A stretch of 64,000 nt of DNA from an uncultured Chloroflexia bacterium. GTDB lineage: Bacteria; Chloroflexota; Limnocylindria; QHBO01. The translations under genes and the position numbers were made by a program. Shown here one piece after another: positions 61,711 to 64,000 of this stretch. How positions within the stretch are numbered: the stretch's first letter is position 1; each line of letters starts with the position of its first letter. Below the pieces are notes generated by a model that saw nothing but the letters and a program-made list of their open reading frames with translations, ran no database searches and was not told the DNA's origin. The stretch spans positions 384,001 to 448,000 of the forward strand of contig CAWGTN010000002.1 of the NCBI GenBank assembly GCA_963825525.1, given 5' to 3'.

Positions 61711-63666
61711 CTACGCGGCGGGAATCCTGGCGTTGCGCTTTGGCGGTGCATGCTCTGAGCCGAGCGCCTCGCGAACCTGCGCCAGGATGCCCGGCGCATC
61801 GATTCGCTGCTGGGCTCGCAGGTCCGTGACGGCGCCGTGGTGCACGAAGCCATCGGCCAGCGCGATCTTCCGGACCGGGACGCGGATGCCAGCCTGGTTG
61901 AGCGTGTCGAGCACCCCGTCACCGAACCCACCTGCCGCGGCCGATTCCTCTGCTGTGACGACAAGCCGCTTCCCGGCGGCGTGCTCGACGATCAGGGCCT
62001 CGTCGAGCGGCTTGGCCCAGCGCGCGTTGATGACGGCGGCCGCGACGCCGTCCTGCTCGAGCGCATCGGCCACCGCGAGAAGGCGCTGCACGATCGGGCC
62101 GAATCCCACGAGGAGGACATCGTCCCCGGAGCGAAGGAGCTCACCGCGTCCGATCTCGAGCTGGGTGCCCTCGCGATCGTCGAGGTCCTCGCCAGCGTCG
62201 CGGGGATAGAGCAGCGCCGCCGGACCGCCGTGGGCGTGTGCCGTCACCAGCAGATCCCGCAGCTCCTGTTCGTCCTTTGGTGACCCGATGACCAGGTTCG
62301 GCAACGAGCGCATTGCCGGCAGCATGAACATGCCCTGGTGACTTGTTCCGTCCTCGCCGACCAGCCCCGATCGGTCGAGCCCCAGGATCACCGGCAGGTC
62401 GTTCTGGCAGACGTCATGGACCAGCCCGTCATAGGCGCGCTGGCTGAACGTGGAGTACAGCGCAACCACGGGCCGCATTCCGGCAAGCGCCATTCCGGCG
62501 GCCATCGTCACCGCGTGCTGCTCAGCGATCCCGACGTCATGGAAGCGACGTGGATAGTTGTCCGCAAAACGTGAAAGGCCGGTGCCCGTTGGCATGCCGG
62601 CGGTGATCGCCAGGACGCGATCATCCGTTCCCCCGAGCCGGACGAGCTCCTCGACAAAGGTCTGCGTGTAGGACTTCGGCTTCCGCTTCCCGTTGCCCTC
62701 GGGCGGAAGTGGCTCCTCGGTGGGATCGATGAGGCACAGGTCGATCGGCGGCAGGCTGGCGCCATGGAAGCTCATCGAGTCTTCCTCCGCCGGTGCGTAT
62801 CCCTTGCCCTTGACGGTCTTGACGTGCACCAGAACGGGAGCGCGGAGGTGGAACGCGGCCTCGAAGGCGGCCTCGAGCTCCTCGCGATTGTGACCGTCCA
62901 GCACCCCGATATACGTGATGCCGATGTCCTCGAAGAACCCGACCTTGGCCCAGCTGCGCTTGAACCCCTCCTTGGCCCACGCGAGGAGATCGAACGCCGG
63001 CTTGCCGATGAGCGGGATGCGCGGAAGCGCCCGCTGCGTCACCGACTTCGTCTCCTGATAGGCACGGGACAGCCGCATCTTGTTCAGACGCGTCGAAAGG
63101 CCGCCGACTGACGGGCTGATGCTCATCTCGTTGTCATTCAGCACGATCAGCAGCGGATGGCGCGTGTGGCCGAGGTGGTTGAGCGCCTCCATGGTCAAGC
63201 CCGATCCGATGGCGGCATCGCCCACGCACACCGCGATCCGCTGGCGCGAGGCCGGTGCGGTTGCCGGGTGCAGGTCCCTGGCCGCCGCCAGCCCGACGCC
63301 GATGCTCACGCCGGTGCCGGCGTGGCCGCCGTCGAACACGTCGTGTTCGCTCTCGCTGCGCCTGGGGAAACCGCCGACTCCATCCAGCTGACGGAGCGTG
63401 TCGAATCGGTCCCAGCGGTTCGTCAGCAACTTGTGCGCGTACGCCTGGTGGCCGGTGTCCCACACGATTCGGTCACGCGGAGAATCCATGGTCCGATGCA
63501 GGGCCAGCGTGATCTCGACCACGCCCAGGGAGCTTGCGAGGTGCCCGCCGGTCTGATGCACGGTCCGGATCATCTTCTCGCGCAGCTCGTCAGCCAGCGT
63601 TTCCAGCTGCTCGGGCGTCATGCCGTGCAGCTGTGCCGGGTCGCGGATCGTCTCGAGCAGCGTCAT
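61711..63666 (-). CDS. dxs: 1-deoxy-D-xylulose-5-phosphate synthase
   Basis: GGHLASSLG, DTGHQAY, GD...NDN, GIAEQHA, GEDG.SHQG. Confidence 0.96.
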   Translation of the reverse strand: MTLLETIRDPAQLHGMTPEQLETLADELREKMIRTVHQTGGHLASSLGVVEITLALHRTMDSPRDRIVWDTGHQAYAHKLLTNRWDRFDTLRQLDGVGGFPRRSESEHDVFDGGHAGTGVSIGVGLAAARDLHPATAPASRQRIAVCVGDAAIGSGLTMEALNHLGHTRHPLLIVLNDNEMSISPSVGGLSTRLNKMRLSRAYQETKSVTQRALPRIPLIGKPAFDLLAWAKEGFKRSWAKVGFFEDIGITYIGVLDGHNREELEAAFEAAFHLRAPVLVHVKTVKGKGYAPAEEDSMSFHGASLPPIDLCLIDPTEEPLPPEGNGKRKPKSYTQTFVEELVRLGGTDDRVLAITAGMPTGTGLSRFADNYPRRFHDVGIAEQHAVTMAAGMALAGMRPVVALYSTFSQRAYDGLVHDVCQNDLPVILGLDRSGLVGEDGTSHQGMFMLPAMRSLPNLVIGSPKDEQELRDLLVTAHAHGGPAALLYPRDAGEDLDDREGTQLEIGRGELLRSGDDVLLVGFGPIVQRLLAVADALEQDGVAAAVINARWAKPLDEALIVEHAAGKRLVVTAEESAAAGGFGDGVLDTLNQAGIRVPVRKIALADGFVHHGAVTDLRAQQRIDAPGILAQVREALGSEHAPPKRNARIPAA

Positions 63667-63740
63667 CGAAAACCCATGCCTCCAGGATCGAAAAAGTATA
63701 CGGGCGGTCGCACCGGCACGCCTGCGGACGGCCGATCCAC

Positions 63741-64000
63741 TCAGACGAGCGACTTCTCGAAGACGTGACTGCGCTTGGTCTCCACGAACCCCATACGTTC
63801 GTAAAAGCGATGCGCACGCGTCCGCGTGCTGCGCGAGCGGACGAGCATCGTGTCGAGGGCATGACCGCGCGCCCATGCCTCGCCGGCCGAGAGCAGCGCC
63901 GTCCCGGTGCCCACCGACCGTGCATCCTCGTCGACCACCAGGCCGGCGATGAGCGCGCGCTCGGGCTCCTCGAGGGTCGCGTGCCGAAGGACGTGGAGCC
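63741..64000 (-). CDS. GNAT family acetyltransferase, partial
   Basis: LVVDEDARSVGTGTALL...AHRFYERMGF. Confidence 0.85.
   Translation of the reverse strand, partial: LHVLRHATLEEPERALIAGLVVDEDARSVGTGTALLSAGEAWARGHALDTMLVRSRSTRTRAHRFYERMGFVETKRSHVFEKSLV

Overview
High-GC bacterial chromosome segment with about 65 genes, mostly on the minus strand. Gene content and frequent TANNNT-6/7nt-ATG starts suggest Chloroflexota (inference only). At least 11 genes or gene segments, including cmk, are broken by apparent single-base insertions, most likely read or assembly errors; several long ORFs in the track are artefacts of these or antisense shadows. In order: an 11-kb operon (orphan peptide-binding protein, gluzincin peptidase, 2x DUF881, TldD/PmbA, DUF951, MFS, MgdA-like GT2, amidohydrolase); an ABC-2 exporter; a stress cluster (DUF6582, Ku, SRPBCC, PfpI); a copper/cytochrome c cluster; a ~4-kb islet between a truncated adenylate cyclase and tRNA-Arg; nrdR-dcd; ETF/acyl-CoA dehydrogenase/aminotransferase/Lrp; a REP-like palindromic repeat pair; Moco genes; tRNA-Pro; and a housekeeping block from der to dxs. 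Best candidate for an undescribed system is the islet: an unannotated 31-aa hydrophobic peptide with a strong RBS, divergent from a ComP-like polytopic PDZ-type histidine kinase and a LuxR/NarL regulator, with related palindromic boxes at both ends of the module. All calls are from motif recognition by eye; no database searches were run.
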